A stretch of DNA of 63,494 bases, filler included. It is 7 parts of 7 records of this genome, joined end to end, with 100 filler letters (N's around TTAATTAATTAA, not from the genome) between each part and the next. Parts side by side here need not be neighbours in the genome. Positions count along the whole stretch, not along the records: positions 39,967 to 47,077 come from DRR378314_1218; positions 47,178 to 57,952 come from DRR378314_1220; positions 58,053 to 63,494 come from DRR378314_1228; 4 more parts are not named here. One strand, given 5' to 3'. Positions 44,573-58,141 of the stretch are shown here, piece by piece. The notes under the pieces are model-generated. The model was given only the letters and a program-made list of their open reading frames with translations, had not been told where the DNA came from and searched no databases. A program made the translations under genes and the position numbers. Each line of letters begins with the position of its first letter. Position 1 is the stretch's first letter.

Positions 44573-46736
44573 TCATCGTGCTTTCGGAACCGAGCACCTG
44601 CGGACATGCCTTGCACCTGCGAGATTCAGAGCGTCCGGCCCGAGCTGGAGCGCTGCGTAAGCACCCATGACGAAGAATTGATCGTTCTCGCGCCATCGAA
44701 GTGATTCGTGGAGCGCAGGCAGTCCCGTAAAGATCTGCAGTGCACCCGTGGGAGATACACGGTCGCATTAAGATGTACAGGATCGGGATCGCAAGCGGCA
44801 TAAAAAGTTGCCCCCAGCAGATGACTCCGCGGGTAGGAGTCCCGCTCTGTATCCGGAAGCTCGCGGACGTGGCCAAGCTCCTCCCCATGTCTTTGACAAA
44901 GCACGAACCCGGGGCGATTCTTCATCCACATTATCACGAGAAAACGTGCGAGGTACCTCCCCGTCCGAGGATGAGCTACGTCCGCTTCATTCGCCTTTTT
45001 TCCGACAAGGGAGCACTTGCAAAGCTTTCCACAGGATACGCCGTGCATCTCGCGAAACCGCCAGCTCCAAAACGTACGTCCACTGGGCATTTTTCCCGCA
45101 GCTTCACATACAGCGGATCCTTCGTTATATCAGCAATGTACCTACATAAACAGGATAGGCCGTTGCGTAGAAAAGTTGCTTCAGATGAGCAAATAATCTG
45201 GGTCTACTTATGTAGTATAGTGCACGCCGCGCTCGTCATCCGCAACTTTGCGAGTTTTCCTTAAGAAGCAGCAGCGCGATAGGCGCAAACATCGTGCTGG
45301 CATCTTGTCGCTGCTCTGCAATTCGACCAAGCGAAAGAACTCTATCTGTATACAGTTTGAGCAGTGCATGCAATGCACGGGACCCGTTTCAACGGGCCGC
45401 GCCCTCACTCTTGGCTTACACGATCCTGTACACCCTGCCACGACGAACAGGGTCAACGGCGAATATCAGGCCCATCGTTGTCGGATCCTATGGAGCACAA
45501 TGCCGAGCATATCCACGTCCTTACATTCCGCCTTGGTCAAGTCGAGGCACGTGTTTATAATTGAAACGATCTCTGTACACACATTGTGCGAGACGCGTGT
45601 ACGTAGCGTACCCCGTTGCGAGAAGAACCGAGTCAAAGTGCTCAAGCTCGTCATCATCGAGATCGAACATTACATCCCAGCAGTCGTCTGCAGAAGGGTG
45701 TAACGTAGCCGCACAAACAGTGTATCCTGTGAGGCACCAAAATACTGCCATGAGATATCACCTTTTTCATACGGAACGAGTGTACGAAGCTGCTTGTGTA
45801 AGTATGGGAACACTGGCGTCGAGAACATGCAAGCGGCGGTGAATTGTCTACTTCGGGGATGAGGCGCGGCGACTAGAACAAGCGCCGTTGGCGACGCCGA
45901 GACAACAGCAGAGGAATCGCCGGAAAATTCCAGTCACAAGCAGTGCATCCCCAACCGGTGGGCATACGAGCTATTGAAGACGTACCTGCAGTGTTCCATG
46001 CGAGGAGCACGACCTCGTGGTCGTCTCGCACGTCCACGCCGCTCGCGCGGAGGTCGAGAACGGCCTCGGGGGTGACGCTGCCTCCTCCCCTCGCCTCCAT
46101 GAGGATTCTCCTCCGCGCTGGGCGTAGCAACGTCCGAAGCGCGCCCGAATCGGTCACAGTCGGATCCCAGTGTATCAGCTTTAACGCACAACGAAGCAAC
46201 ATCGCCTCCGTTTTTTCCAGCTTTGTGCACACCCGTAAAGAAGTACTCGGATTGGCGCGGGAAGCGAGCCCAACACGTGAGGCGGGATTCGCCTTGCACA
46301 AGTGCAGCAAGTGGCGCCCACGTACCTGCGAAATCGCGCTCGGACCAGAATCGCGCCAAATTCTGGAACCTCCCTGCAGATACCCATTCATTTCCAATGT
46401 CGAATTGTTTTTCTGTAATTGTGTCTCGCACAATGAGCACCACTTCTCCGCCGAGCTCCTGCTAGGTGTCGGCGTGCACGGGCGCACAGTCATGAGTCAG
46501 AACAACGCCACACGCATACGTCTTCCGGCAGCACTTACGACGGAAATGTTAGACTGCACACGGACCGCACTACAACGGTAAGAATGCGGATGTGGCGGCA
46601 TATTTTTGAATACTTTGGTTTCGTACCTCGATTCGCACAGCAATTTGCGCCGCTGTGAGTCCTCCGCCAACAACGAGTGTGCGTTTGCCTTTTCCAGCTC
46701 GTAAGATGGATTCCAGGGAAGGGTCGCCGCGCCGAC
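44573..46736 (-). CDS. FAD/NAD(P)-dependent oxidoreductase (lysine/ornithine N-monooxygenase-like fold), multi-exon, 5' truncated, 3' end uncertain
   Basis: Spliced motifs VVGGGLTAAQI, EKQFDIGNEW, ARGGGSVTPE, FDSVLLATG, GLPALHESLRW and FVMGAYAALQLGPDALNLAGAR. Confidence 0.8.
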
Positions 46737-47702
46737 CTGGGGAAGGCGACGATGTTTCAAAATGGGCAAAGAAGTAAAGGGAGGTCGAAACTTATAAAAA
46801 TCAAACAAAATGGGATCGTAGAGCGCTCGGAGGGGATGGTGAAATGACCTTCGCCTTTGATACCACACACACAGGAAGACAAACAGCCAAGCAAATAGAC
46901 CTTTGCAATACAAGGAGTTGAACCCGCAGAAAATGCACGAAACAAGGAACATCTTCTCAATCCCTGCAGACTTTCGAGCTCGGCGTGAGCTGAATGCGCT
47001 GCAGCACAGTGCCCGCGCGCACGACGCGAGCGGCGACAGCAGCGCCTGTGATGCGTCGCGTGCGAAACGCCCAGTACNNNNNNNNNNNNNNNNNNNNNNN
47101 NNNNNNNNNNNNNNNNNNNNNTTAATTAATTAANNNNNNNNNNNNNNNNNNNNNNNNNNNNNNNNNNNNNNNNNNNNGGGGGGGGCGCACTTTTTCGTGC
47201 ATGCCGTGTATATCGAGTAACGGTTGTATATTGAGCGGACTCTCCCATCACTTGCGGCTCCTGTGCGCTGGCGAGGGAGCGTGATCGGCGAGCAGCCATG
47301 TCCGTCCGCGCGGCTGAAGCGCGCGGCGCACTCCCGCGCTAGCTACAGGGCTCGCCGCTGTAACATACTGCACGCCTGTTACCGCAGATGGCGGAACCGA
47401 AATAAACGAATTGTGTGACTGTTATAATATCTACTGCAGCACGCTTAGCATGGCCGCCGCGTCGAACCTGGGCTCCTAAGCGAGTGCGAGCCGAGCCCAA
47501 CCACCCAGCAGCGGGGAGCAACGCGACGTTTGCGCCGGCGATTGGATCAGTCATGTTGACAGTGTTACCTATATATAAGGGTCTGTAGATTCGAAAATGC
47601 GCGCCGCAGCGCTCGCTGTGCCAGAGGGCCCCCAGCGCCGACGCGCGAGCGGGAAGTACCGGCACGCGCGGCAGCGAAGACGAAGAGCGTGGCGCTACTG
47701 CA

Positions 47703-50700
47703 ATGACAGGGAACGAAGATAGGGTGCATATTGAGACGACTGACGTTTCGCCGGAGGTGCGGGACCGCATTGTGCGCGAGGCGCGCGAGTACGTCCCTGC
47801 GTTTGCAGCGGCGGAGGACGGAGCGCTGTGCGTGTCGCAGGTGAGCGGCGGGATCACCAACTCGCTCTACCTCGTAGCGAATACCGCAGCCGCCGAAGCC
47901 GCCGAGCCGCGTCGCGCGCTCGTTCGCATCTTTGGCGAAAATACCGAGCTCTTAATCGATCGGGCGCGGGAGAGTTTTATTTTCCACTTCTTTGAGTCCA
48001 AGGTTCGTCGCTTCTGGCGCTGAACACGAGTGTCCGCACTGCACGCACTGTACGACAACAAGCAGAGTTCCGTCTGGTTAATGATAGCGCTTGCCGCTCC
48101 CGAGCACCGAGCACGTTGTTTTCGAATTCTATATTTCTTTAACGAGTTGCAGGGAGTTTGTAAGCGGTGGTTGCGTGTGGTGGTCCCATGGTGCTTCTAT
48201 TGGCGTGTAGCGTGTTGCGCTTGCTGGCGCGCGCCCCGCGCTTCCGCGCTTCCTTCACGTGCAGAAACGCACAAACGCTCAGACGATCCCGGTCCTTTCA
48301 ACCTCGCATAACAGTTATCCTACCATAATCGTCTATACTATCCGGTACCGGTTCTTGTGTAGGGACTCGCGCCGCACTTGTACGCGGAGTTTCCCTGCGG
48401 GCGAGTGGAAGAGTTTCTCCGCTCGCGCACGTTTGGCAGCGACGACATTCGCGATCCGCGGTTATCAGCCCTCGTAGCGCGAAAACTCGCCGAAATGCAT
48501 GCCCTGCAACCGAGTGGGCCTGGGCTTCATCGGTATGGAAGAATGCGACATGCAAGATACGAGCAAGGAGGATCAGCATAACAGAGAGAGAGAGGGGGGG
48601 GGGAGAAAGAGAGGGAGGGAGGGAGGGAAAGTGCCTTCTTGTAGCTCGACAAGTGGAACGCGAGCTCGTGCGCGTTCCCTTTCCACATGCTCTATCTTCT
48701 CCTGGAGCGACATCGTGGGTGTTCTTGCGTTTCCTTCTCGCTCCCTGTTTTCGTCTGCTCCTACGGTCAGTGTATCTGTCGCTTATATTCTCGCATGTGC
48801 TCTATCGTGGCGATGCCACATCGCTTTCTCTCTCCTCGTTCTGAACCAATCAGCGAGGACGGCTCGTCGCTCTTCCCAACGCTTTGGAAATGGCTCGACC
48901 AGGCGCTTCAAGTGACACTCCAGGGAAAGGACCAGACACGCCTCGAATCGCTGCAGCTCAATGCAATGAAAGAGCAAGTGCAATGGCTGCAGAGCACTCT
49001 CGAGGTATAGTCTTCATTGTAAGGTGCAGAGGCTACACGTGCAGTGCGCTCGTTCAAGCGGATATGGGCGCGGTGTGGGTCGTCCTCGCTCGCTCGCACC
49101 GAACGAGAGAAACGGCGGTAGCGCGCATGCATGTCGCTCTGTGATGAATCTTTGACCAAAATGGAGCTCCTTCTAACTCGTTTATTGTCACGCGGTACTT
49201 GTTTGTCGGGGATTTCGTTGGTTTCGCTATTGTTGCCGCGCAGAGTGACGAATTCAAGTCGCCCGTCGTCCTTTGCCACAACGACTTGCTTGCGGGTAAT
49301 ATCCTGATTCGCCTCGGTGAGAACGATGAGGAGCTCGGTCTCACGTTTATTGACTATGAGTACTGCTCCTACTCCCATCGGTACGAGTCGTCAGGTATTG
49401 CGACCCGAAATAGAAATCATATCGTGCTCGAGTAGAGACGAAGTGCCAATGGTTGTGAGCGACGATCATTCGCTTGACCCCCAATGTGACAGCTTCTGTG
49501 TTCGTTTCCTTGTTTCTCCGCAGTAGTATCTCATTCTTCGCTGCATAGCGCAGCTTGCACACGCGTGTGTGTATGAATCTGATTGTGTGGTGTTTTTGTT
49601 TTCTACATCACTCTTAGGGCAGTGCATTCTTGTCACTTCTTCCTACGTGCTGAAGCGATGGAGTGAGATGCACTTGAGCGCGCACCTTATGCCCCGAAGG
49701 GAGAGCGTTTTTCTCACGTTGCTGCACGTCTTCTGCATACGCGGATGTATCGTGTCTTTCGTCACTATCGTCTATCAGAGATTTTGATATTGGGAATCAT
49801 TTTTGTGAGTGGGCAGGATTTGACGGAGATTTCTCGAAGTATCCGACGATGGAGGAGCAGCTGGCGTTTCTGCGAGCGTATCGCGAAGCTGCTGGACTCT
49901 CCACTGCGCGCGAAGACGTGGAGAAAATGCAGCGAAAGGTGCGTAAAACAAGATAAAAGAGTTGCGTGTTCCTACTATTGCGCAAATTTTCTCCACGAAT
50001 ATACGCATGTAGCGTTTTGCTTTTCTCTGTATTGTTTTTCTTCTCCTTTTCTTACTGCACTTCAATTGCGATGTACTTGATACCGCCTGTTTGAGCTTCG
50101 TTCCTATTTTCTTCTGAGAACTGGAAGTGCCTTGTTCCGTCCTTGATTGTGCTTCGTGTGGTGCAGGTGGATGCGTTTTCCGTAGCTTCGCACCTCTACT
50201 GGGGACTGTGGGCAGTTGTACAAGCATCTTCCTCAAGGTAATTCCCTTTCGGTAGTTTCACACAAAAGAAGCTGGATGAGCACTGCTGTGCGTAGAGCTC
50301 GTCAATATAGAAGGAGAATCGAGGTAGACGGTCGATGCGTCGATAAGAGATGAGCAGATAGCGGGGAAGAGTGGACGAGCGCGCACGCGGACAAGGATAT
50401 GCTAGTTTTCCAAGGAGAAATGTCATTTCCTATTGTTGCTGCGCAATTGTTGCGATGTTTTGGAAGAGAAGGTAGAAGCTGTAAAAGACTTGCTTTGAGA
50501 AAATCATACGTGACAATGGAATGTGATTCTGCGCTGTCTTTTCACAGCATGTGGTGCGTATTGCCAGTGGCTCGAATCATTGCTGCAGCTCCTGCTTCGC
50601 ACACCCGATTGTGACGCGTTTGTCCCCTGCGAAATATCTTCTACATTGAACTCGGTTCCTATTTCTGACGGGTTGCTGTTCTCCCTTTCCCTCTGCTTTC

Positions 50701-50795
50701 GTCCATACTCCAGCATTGATTTTGATTTTTTGGAGTATTGTCAAATGCGCTTCAAGATGTTTTTTGCTTGTAAGGAGCGAGTGTTCGCAAAGTAG
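47703..50795 (+). CDS. Choline/ethanolamine kinase, 7 exons
   Basis: SGGITNSLY, LVRIFG.NTE.LIDR..E, GRVEEFL, Brenner motif CHNDLLAGNIL, FIDYEY, FDIGNHFCEWAG, SHLYWGLWA and IDFDFLEY. Confidence 0.94.
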
Positions 50796-51407
50796 AGGTG
50801 GATCGCCGTGAGCGGGGCGGCGATCTGGTGCAGATATGTGCATGGCAGCGAAGGATTTGTTCTCATGTATGCGTTTGTGTCTACCGTGAAGGAAATCATT
50901 GTGATTGGGGCACTCTCTGACCAATCTGAATTGTAAAAAAAAAGAAACCAACGAGGAGAAACTGGATTGTCGTTATCGAGAGAAGGGGCTGTTGAACTTG
51001 GCATCTCCCTCACCAGCTGCAGGAATACATGTACATGCACTGTTCGCGCTGCACGTTGCCCCGCTCGTGCGCGCTCAACGAATCCCCACGCTACGAATAT
51101 TTTTCAGAGGTAATATGCCGATGAAATTATAATTATTCTTATTGTATAAAGAAAAAAATAGCAGAAAAGGCTCTCGTTTTGGCTGCGGCAGAGCGGCCAT
51201 TGCGCAAGCACGCGCCAAAGGCGTTTGTCAAGCTGTCGCCGCCGCGGTCTCCTTCTTATAGATTATTTAATGCACTCGATCCAGTTTCTTGTACAGTGCG
51301 TGAGAGCATGTCCGCGACGTTTCGAGCGTCGTCCTGTGCGCGCACGCTGCGGCGCCGCGCAGCGTCGAGCGCGGCACTTTTCCCCTGTGCGTTCGCTTCT
51401 TGCTACC

Positions 51408-54400
51408 ATGTTGCACCGAGTTGTCATCGCTTTCGCGCTGATAGCGTGTTGTGTGGGATGTCCCGGGTCTCCTTCGGATCTTCCGATCTGGAGCGGCGAG
51501 CCGTCGCTGCTGCGGACGGTGCCGAACGCGAAGCTCTTCCTCGCTGGCGTGAGCGACAACCCGCTGCACGTGGTGCACGTTTGGGGAAGCGCGTACGACA
51601 TGGGATACGCGCAAGGGAAAATCCTACAAGACGAGATCCAGCAGAACGTGGACCGGTTCATGAAGTACCTCGACGATGAAGCTGCTTCCTTCCTCAAATT
51701 CATTCCCGGCTTCATGCGTTCGGTAGTGGCGGATTTCGGCGTCGAAGGTGCGTTGTTGTCGTCTTGGCTGCTAGCGCCCAGCCTGCCGAAGCCGCTGCTA
51801 GCCGCCACAGGTTCGACGCTGTGCGCCTGCTCGGAATTTCTTCCGATTTGGCGAGTTTTAATGCGGTGGCTACCTGCTCAGGAGTACAGGAAAGTTGTAC
51901 ATGCTTCCTTTGTTGTACATTGAGGTTGTTTTTGGAAGTTGTTTCGCCGGGTGGGGCGCGGCGCGTTGTGGCTGGTCTCGCTCGTCCAAGCGTGCGTGCG
52001 TCGCCAGGGGCCCTCGGGCGCCGGCTCCTGCGATACGCAACGAGAGACGCGATTGTCTTTTTCTCACGGTGTACCGCAATATGCCAAAGTTGTGCAGATG
52101 AAGGGATGAGCTAGTCTCATGTCTTCCTGGCTTGAGGTGTATGAGTACTTTGGGGACGCAGTGGACGAGGGGTGGACAAGGCCCACCTGTCTCAGCGCCT
52201 GCTGCTGCGCCGTCCTGGGCTGGGTTGTGCGCTGCAGTCCGCGCGCGCGCCGCACTGACAGGTGGCCTCCTCCCATGTGCTTGTTGCGGCCTCGTTTCTG
52301 TGTGTCCGCTTTTCTTGTGCGCAGCTGCGCTCGAAGCCACATGGTTCGCCGTGGAGAAATTTACGCCACAGCATTTCAAAGATGAAATGCGCGGCCTTGC
52401 CAATGGTGCAGGGGTGCCGTATGCGAAGGTCATCCGCATGCACATGTTCCCTGAGCTGATCAAGGTACCGAAGCGGCGGCAGCGCCGAAAACAGCGCTGT
52501 CCGCTCCGACCATGGGCTGCGCGCCGAGCGACTGCACTGCAGCTGCGAACCGGAGGAGCAGCACCACATATATCATTGTAATATTTTGCTCAGAGACAGA
52601 AAAGTGACCTTATTCTTCCCATTGTGGGCGCATATCCGCGCGATCTGCGTCCCACTGCCGGGCCTGTGTTGCTGTACGTGGCGGTGAGAGAGGCGGCCGG
52701 CGCGTAGTCGCCGAGAAAGTACCGGCTACCGATGTAGGGTTACGAGTATCCGTCGCGCGCTCCCCCTCTGCGTTCTCGTGCTGCCGTTTCCGCACGGTTC
52801 ACCTTCCCGTCGTGCGGCGCGGCACTTCGTTGTGGTATGATAGCGTTCACGGTCTCACGATAGGGATGATGTTCTTTCTGTGTGTGCTTGTTTGCGGTAG
52901 GCCGGCTGCAGTATGTACGGCGCGTGGGGAAACGCGACGATGCAGGTGTCGAGTGCGCCGGGAGGACTCGTTCAGCTCCGTGCGCTTGACTTTGGCATCG
53001 ATATGCCAATCGTTGATTTCCCGGTACGTTACTCCAGCTGATAACGCACGTGTACATGTAGACGTCAACTCATGACCGCCCTAATGCGCACCGCTTCTCG
53101 CTGCTGGAACGCCGAAGTGACACGCTCTCTGTCACGCTGTTGCTGTGCTCGTTGTTGCAGGTGTTGGTGGTCCATCACCCAACGGAAGGACATCCGTTCT
53201 CCACCCTAACGTGGATGGGACTCCTCTCCGGCCTGACAGGTAACGTTACTGCTCTCCGCTCGCATCCTGTGCCCAGAAAGGGAGAGAGGAGGGGGAGAGG
53301 GAAAGGGCAATGCTGTCGGCGTACGCTGTGGTCGTGGCGACAGTCCTCGCACTGTGCACTGAGCCGTTACATATCTCCACCACGCCATGGAGAGGTTCCG
53401 CAGCTACGTATTGCGCGCCGGTGCTCTCATGATCGCAATATATCGCATGCGTGGAGGCAACGGCAAGTGTGGTGAAGAGCGAGCGAAACCATTCCGTGCC
53501 GCTTGGGTTCTGTTTCGGCGCAGAAGCTGATGGTCAATCACTTCGTCATGATAGGGGAAGTTGCGCTTGGCTCTTCACTTTCGTCTCGTTTTCTCCTATT
53601 TTCTATTCGATTGTCGTGCATGGTTCCTACTCGACAGCGCATTACGTATCGTATATTCTCTTATCGTGCTATCCCTATGTTTCACCTCTGCGTTCCGTGT
53701 TGTTGTGGCCGGTCGTCGTTGTAGGTTTCTCAACGGAACTCGGGATTAGCGAGAAAGTTTGGCTGCACTACAACGAGACTTCTTCGCGAATCGGGTATCC
53801 GATCCACTTTGTTCTTCGCGATATCTTGCAGTTTGACAACACCGTCGACGATGCTCTTTCCAGGTATCGTGCGAACAATACGAATGCAAATGCGAAGTTT
53901 GGTGAAAACGAGTGAGAGTCCTTGTTGGAGAAATTACACGGAATGATCATGTTCAGGATTATTTGTACAGTTCCCTTTCGACAGATTTTTCTGTTCAATA
54001 CGTGTATGTTGCAAGATTTCCCCGACTCGATGTATCTTCCACAGCAATTCCGCGCAAACGCTCCCTATTTCGCCCTGTAAGTTGAAGTTTGCGTTATCCC
54101 TAGCGATTGTAACGCTAATTGCGTCGCTGTCACTTCGGTGTTGTCGGTATTTGTAGGATTGCGAATGCTCGTCGTACTTGTTCGGTGTTTGTTGGAGTCG
54201 GAGGACACCAAACGAACGAATTCCGCGCCGTCGAATACGGGCACGAGTACATCGAAGTATTCGATGATAAGAACTATCCGTTGTATCAGCAGCATCCGCG
54301 CATGGACGGTGCGTTGTTCGTGTCGTAGAATTTCGGGTGATACGGAGAGAAACGATTCGAAGCAACGAAAGCTCTGTCGTTGTATCCACGAAGCGGCATC

Positions 54401-55520
54401 GACATGGTCAACTGGGACTAACTGAGTAGATTCTTTTCTTGTTGGTAATTTGATACTGCATGAAGTGTTGTTTTGGTCGATCATATCGTTTGTGAAGCTC
54501 ATTCCTGAGCCATTTACTTGTTCATTGCTTGGAAGAAGCTCCTTTATCCCATCAATGTTCTTCTCGTAGTTGGAGCTTGTGACAGCTTTTCACTTACTGT
54601 TCGTTTCGCTTCTCTCTTCCTCCTCATACAATACCCTTTCTTTTTTTCACCGCTTTTCACGTTGTAACCATGTACTCCTTGTCTTGCTTTCTATGGATGT
54701 GTGTTCAGGCCTGGTGTACATCAATAAGCACACGCAACCGAGCAAAGATATGTGCATGACGTCCATGATGGAGAAGTATTACGGTTCGATTGATCCGGTG
54801 AACACTATTCATGGGATCTTGCCCGTAACGCAATCCGGTATGTTGGTATTGGGAGAGACGTTTTAGCGGATAAGTAGCGGCTGAAGAGGGAAATCTTGCG
54901 CTCGATTGCGTTCTCCTTCTGCGACAGTTGATCGTATCGCTCGCCTTCGTTGCTGTGATGTTGCCTGCGATTCCCATGTGATTGGTGTACGGTTGTTCCT
55001 CGCTCGAGTAAGCGTCGAATCTCGCGTGTTTTGCGGGAATGTACTTGCCTTGTCGGGCTGTTGCACGGAGTGCGTGACGGTTGCAATGTCGCAGCGGTTC
55101 CACCGTTGCAAACAATCTCGATCTTCTTTCAAATTTTCTCTCTTCATCCTTAAGAAACACTCCATAGTGGTCACGATCCTTCTTCACCAATCTCATCTAC
55201 TTTTTTTCCTCAGTTTCAGTGACAGTTACATCTTCGTGTCTATTCGCAAGTGAGTTTGCCGATTTGCTCCCTTCTGCTCTTTCGCTTCGTCTGTATCCGC
55301 TCGTGATGACACGCACGCGCTGTATTTGGGTTGCGATGGTATCCCTTCAGGTGATCTGCATTCCGCCATTTACGACTACAAGAACAACAAAATGTTTGTG
55401 AGTGTTGCTGGAAAACCCGTTTCGTCCGCTGGTCAATCGGGAACGGCCCTCTTGCCGGCGTACGCGCGCCCTTGGTTCGAATTCAACATGAACGAGCAGT
55501 TTGCGGAGCAGAAGCCGTAA
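51408..55520 (+). CDS. Secreted acid-ceramidase-like Ntn hydrolase (Dcd1/C45-like), 8 exons
   Basis: Signal peptide; WGSAYDMGYAQG.., EMRGLA, PELIK|AGCSMYGAWG (Cys nucleophile), QLRALDF, LRDILQF, RTCSVFVG and GDLHSAIYD. Confidence 0.82.
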
Positions 55521-57139
55521 ATGGGATCAGAGGAGTGGAAAAAACGATCACGGCGAGAAGAAACGAAGGAGCAGTGCCCATGGAAGAAAGTGAACGATGG
55601 AGAAGCGCGAAATCGATCGCAAAATGAGATGCGGATTTCGGAACTGCTGTTTCACCGGAATCGAGAAACGGAGAATCCAGGTCGATATCAACCGGTGAAA
55701 GCTCTTTCTTTTTGCGAACGAATTATTCGCGTGTCCTCAGCTTCCTCTTTTTTCCGCCGGAAATGAGTTGCGCAGTGTGTGTCTCTCTCTTCCTGTTTCT
55801 TGGTGCTCTTTCACCTTGCCATCGAGGATTCTTCGGCCCTTGTCGAATCGATAGGGTGTAACGTCCCTTTTCTTGCTCTTGGTCGCCGCATCTTCCCTTC
55901 ATTTGTTGTGCTCCTTCTTGTTGGTGCGATGAACGTTGTCTTTTTCAACCTTTTTTCTTTGTTTGATACTTTCGCTTTCTTTTTCATGGGTGGAAAAGAA
56001 ATCCGTACTCGTTGCGTAGAGGGGACGAATGTTTCTCTGTCGTTGTCTTTGGAGGTGCCGATTGCCCGTTGTCCCTTTTGTTGTTGTCCTGGTTCTGCTG
56101 GCGTGTCCTCGTCGTTGAAATGAAACAGTAATCGAGTGGGAGATCGGAGCAAACCGTTACAGTACGTGGTAGGGGTTTCGTTTGTTGCTGTACTGGTGTT
56201 TGTCGCGAGCAATGCTGGTTTTCCGTTGGTTGCGCTGGGCTCTGATTCGTCGCTGCTGGCGCCGCGCGCAGCCGTTGCGAATACACGAACGGAGGTCTTT
56301 CCGTTGCGGGGAATTCGCCGGTTTCTTCGTGGATATCCGTTATATCCTCGTCACCAGTACGCATCTCCCTCAAAATGTTTCGTGCATACGCATTGAAAAC
56401 CTGTGCACGTGGAAATCTATATGACTTTCAGGTCGATGCCTGTGGTAGCGGTACTGACTTCAGTTGTAGCGCGTATGGTAGCGAAAGTGGCGCGGATTCT
56501 TCTTTCCGTTACAGAGTGATTGCTTCTCTCTCGTGCAAGCTGCATGCCCAGTATCACGATGTCGCTCGTACAGCTCGGATGATCGAGTATATTGCGCATT
56601 GCTATCGGTAGCACTGTTGACGTGCACTCGTGCGCGTAATCGTATACGCGAGGAAAAGGCGCGAATGTGCGCTGCGGAATCATACCGGTGTGGCCGTTGC
56701 AATGCACGTTCGCGCGTGCGCGCCCGAGCGAGGGGAGAAACTTGCACAAGCATGGCGGCAACGCGAAAACACAGCCTCGCATTCTTTCGACGATGTCCAT
56801 ACGTACACTGAAGAAGTGACGATACTAAGAAATAACCATTCGTTGGGCACACGAGCAGAGCCCAAGCACAGAAAGGGACAGAAATGCGCACAATGCCGCA
56901 GCGTTTGTCCAAGGCTGACCGAGAACGGATTGGGCACGCGTGAATATATGGTTAACATACTAGGTTTATAATTACAATCCCCTTTCGTGGTTCTTTTTCA
57001 AATCTTTTTGATTGATGTTGCGTTCCTGAGCTTTCGCGTTTTGCCGCTGCGCCTTCTCTCCTCTCTCTCGCTCTCGAGGACCGTTCCTGCGCACCATCAG
57101 CCGCCTCTTAAGCGTTTCATTCTGCTTATCTACGGAGTC

Positions 57140-57295
57140 ATGGAGCAGCGCAAGGTTTCTAGCGCTGATCGTGATGCGATTGACATTTCCTCATTGACGG
57201 AAACGCTTCGTCAGGGTCTTGATATTCGCGACCGGAAGTATCACCTGCGAACCTACAAGAGCGTGTTCGTTGGCAACGAAGCCGTCTCATTCATG
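57140..57295 (+). CDS. First exon of a DEP-domain protein (remainder not resolved before the contig end)
   Basis: GLDIRDRKYHLRTYKSVFVGNEAVSFM is the DEP N-terminal signature; followed by donor GTATGT. Confidence 0.8.
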
Positions 57296-58052
57296 GTATG
57301 TTTGCGGGTGCATTATCCAGACGCAAACCTATTTCCCGCGCTCCGTAACAACAAGAGTATTGTATCACGCATATACACATGTGTCGTGATTGCGCACGCG
57401 CCCTGTCGCACATTGCTGTACCTTAATGTGCGAGTATAAGAGCAAGAGAAAGTCTAGTGCTGGCTGTGCCACTTCACCGCTGGCGACACGTAGCGCACAG
57501 GAGCTCATGCTTTTGCGACCAAGAGGGAGAAAGGGCGCATTGTACCTCATTCAAAAGAGTAAGAAGTAGACGGGGATGTAAGGTAGAGAAAGTGAGATAG
57601 TTGGAGTGTTGCTTGGATGTTGTACGGGTGACAGAGTCCGGTAGAGACACGGTCCTGGTTTTGCGTTTCCACAAGGGCTGCTCGTTGGGCTTCCGCGCCT
57701 GCTGCTCCTCGCGGAGTAGTTTTTCGCCCTTTCGTGTCCCCGTTTCCTTCACCTCTGGTCTTCCGCTGTCATTGTGCGTGCGCGGTAGTGTGTCGCTGCT
57801 CGCTTGCTCGTTGCAGGCGATTATGCTTCTGTATTGTCTGGTTTTGCAGTGTGATACGCGTAGTCCTGTGTGGTTTGCCCGAACAGCAAGGCGAAAGCTG
57901 CGCGTGCCGCAGAGCGCGGAAATGCTCAGTAATACGACTGCGTAGGCGGGACNNNNNNNNNNNNNNNNNNNNNNNNNNNNNNNNNNNNNNNNNNNNTTAA
58001 TTAATTAANNNNNNNNNNNNNNNNNNNNNNNNNNNNNNNNNNNNNNNNNNNN

Positions 58053-58080
58053 ACGCGCTACCAGGCTGCGCCATAGCCCG
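58053..58080 (-). tRNA. 5' fragment of a bacterial tRNA-Pro (cut by the contig end)
   Basis: Minus strand CGGGCTATGGCGCAGCCTGGTAGCGCGT, typical tRNA-Pro acceptor and D arm; usual position after ihfA-merR; anticodon not visible. Confidence 0.8.
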
Positions 58081-58141
58081 ACGTTGGAGTGTTCATAAAG
58101 ACTTTCCCGGCAGGGGCAAGAGGAAATCATCGCCTTTTTTG

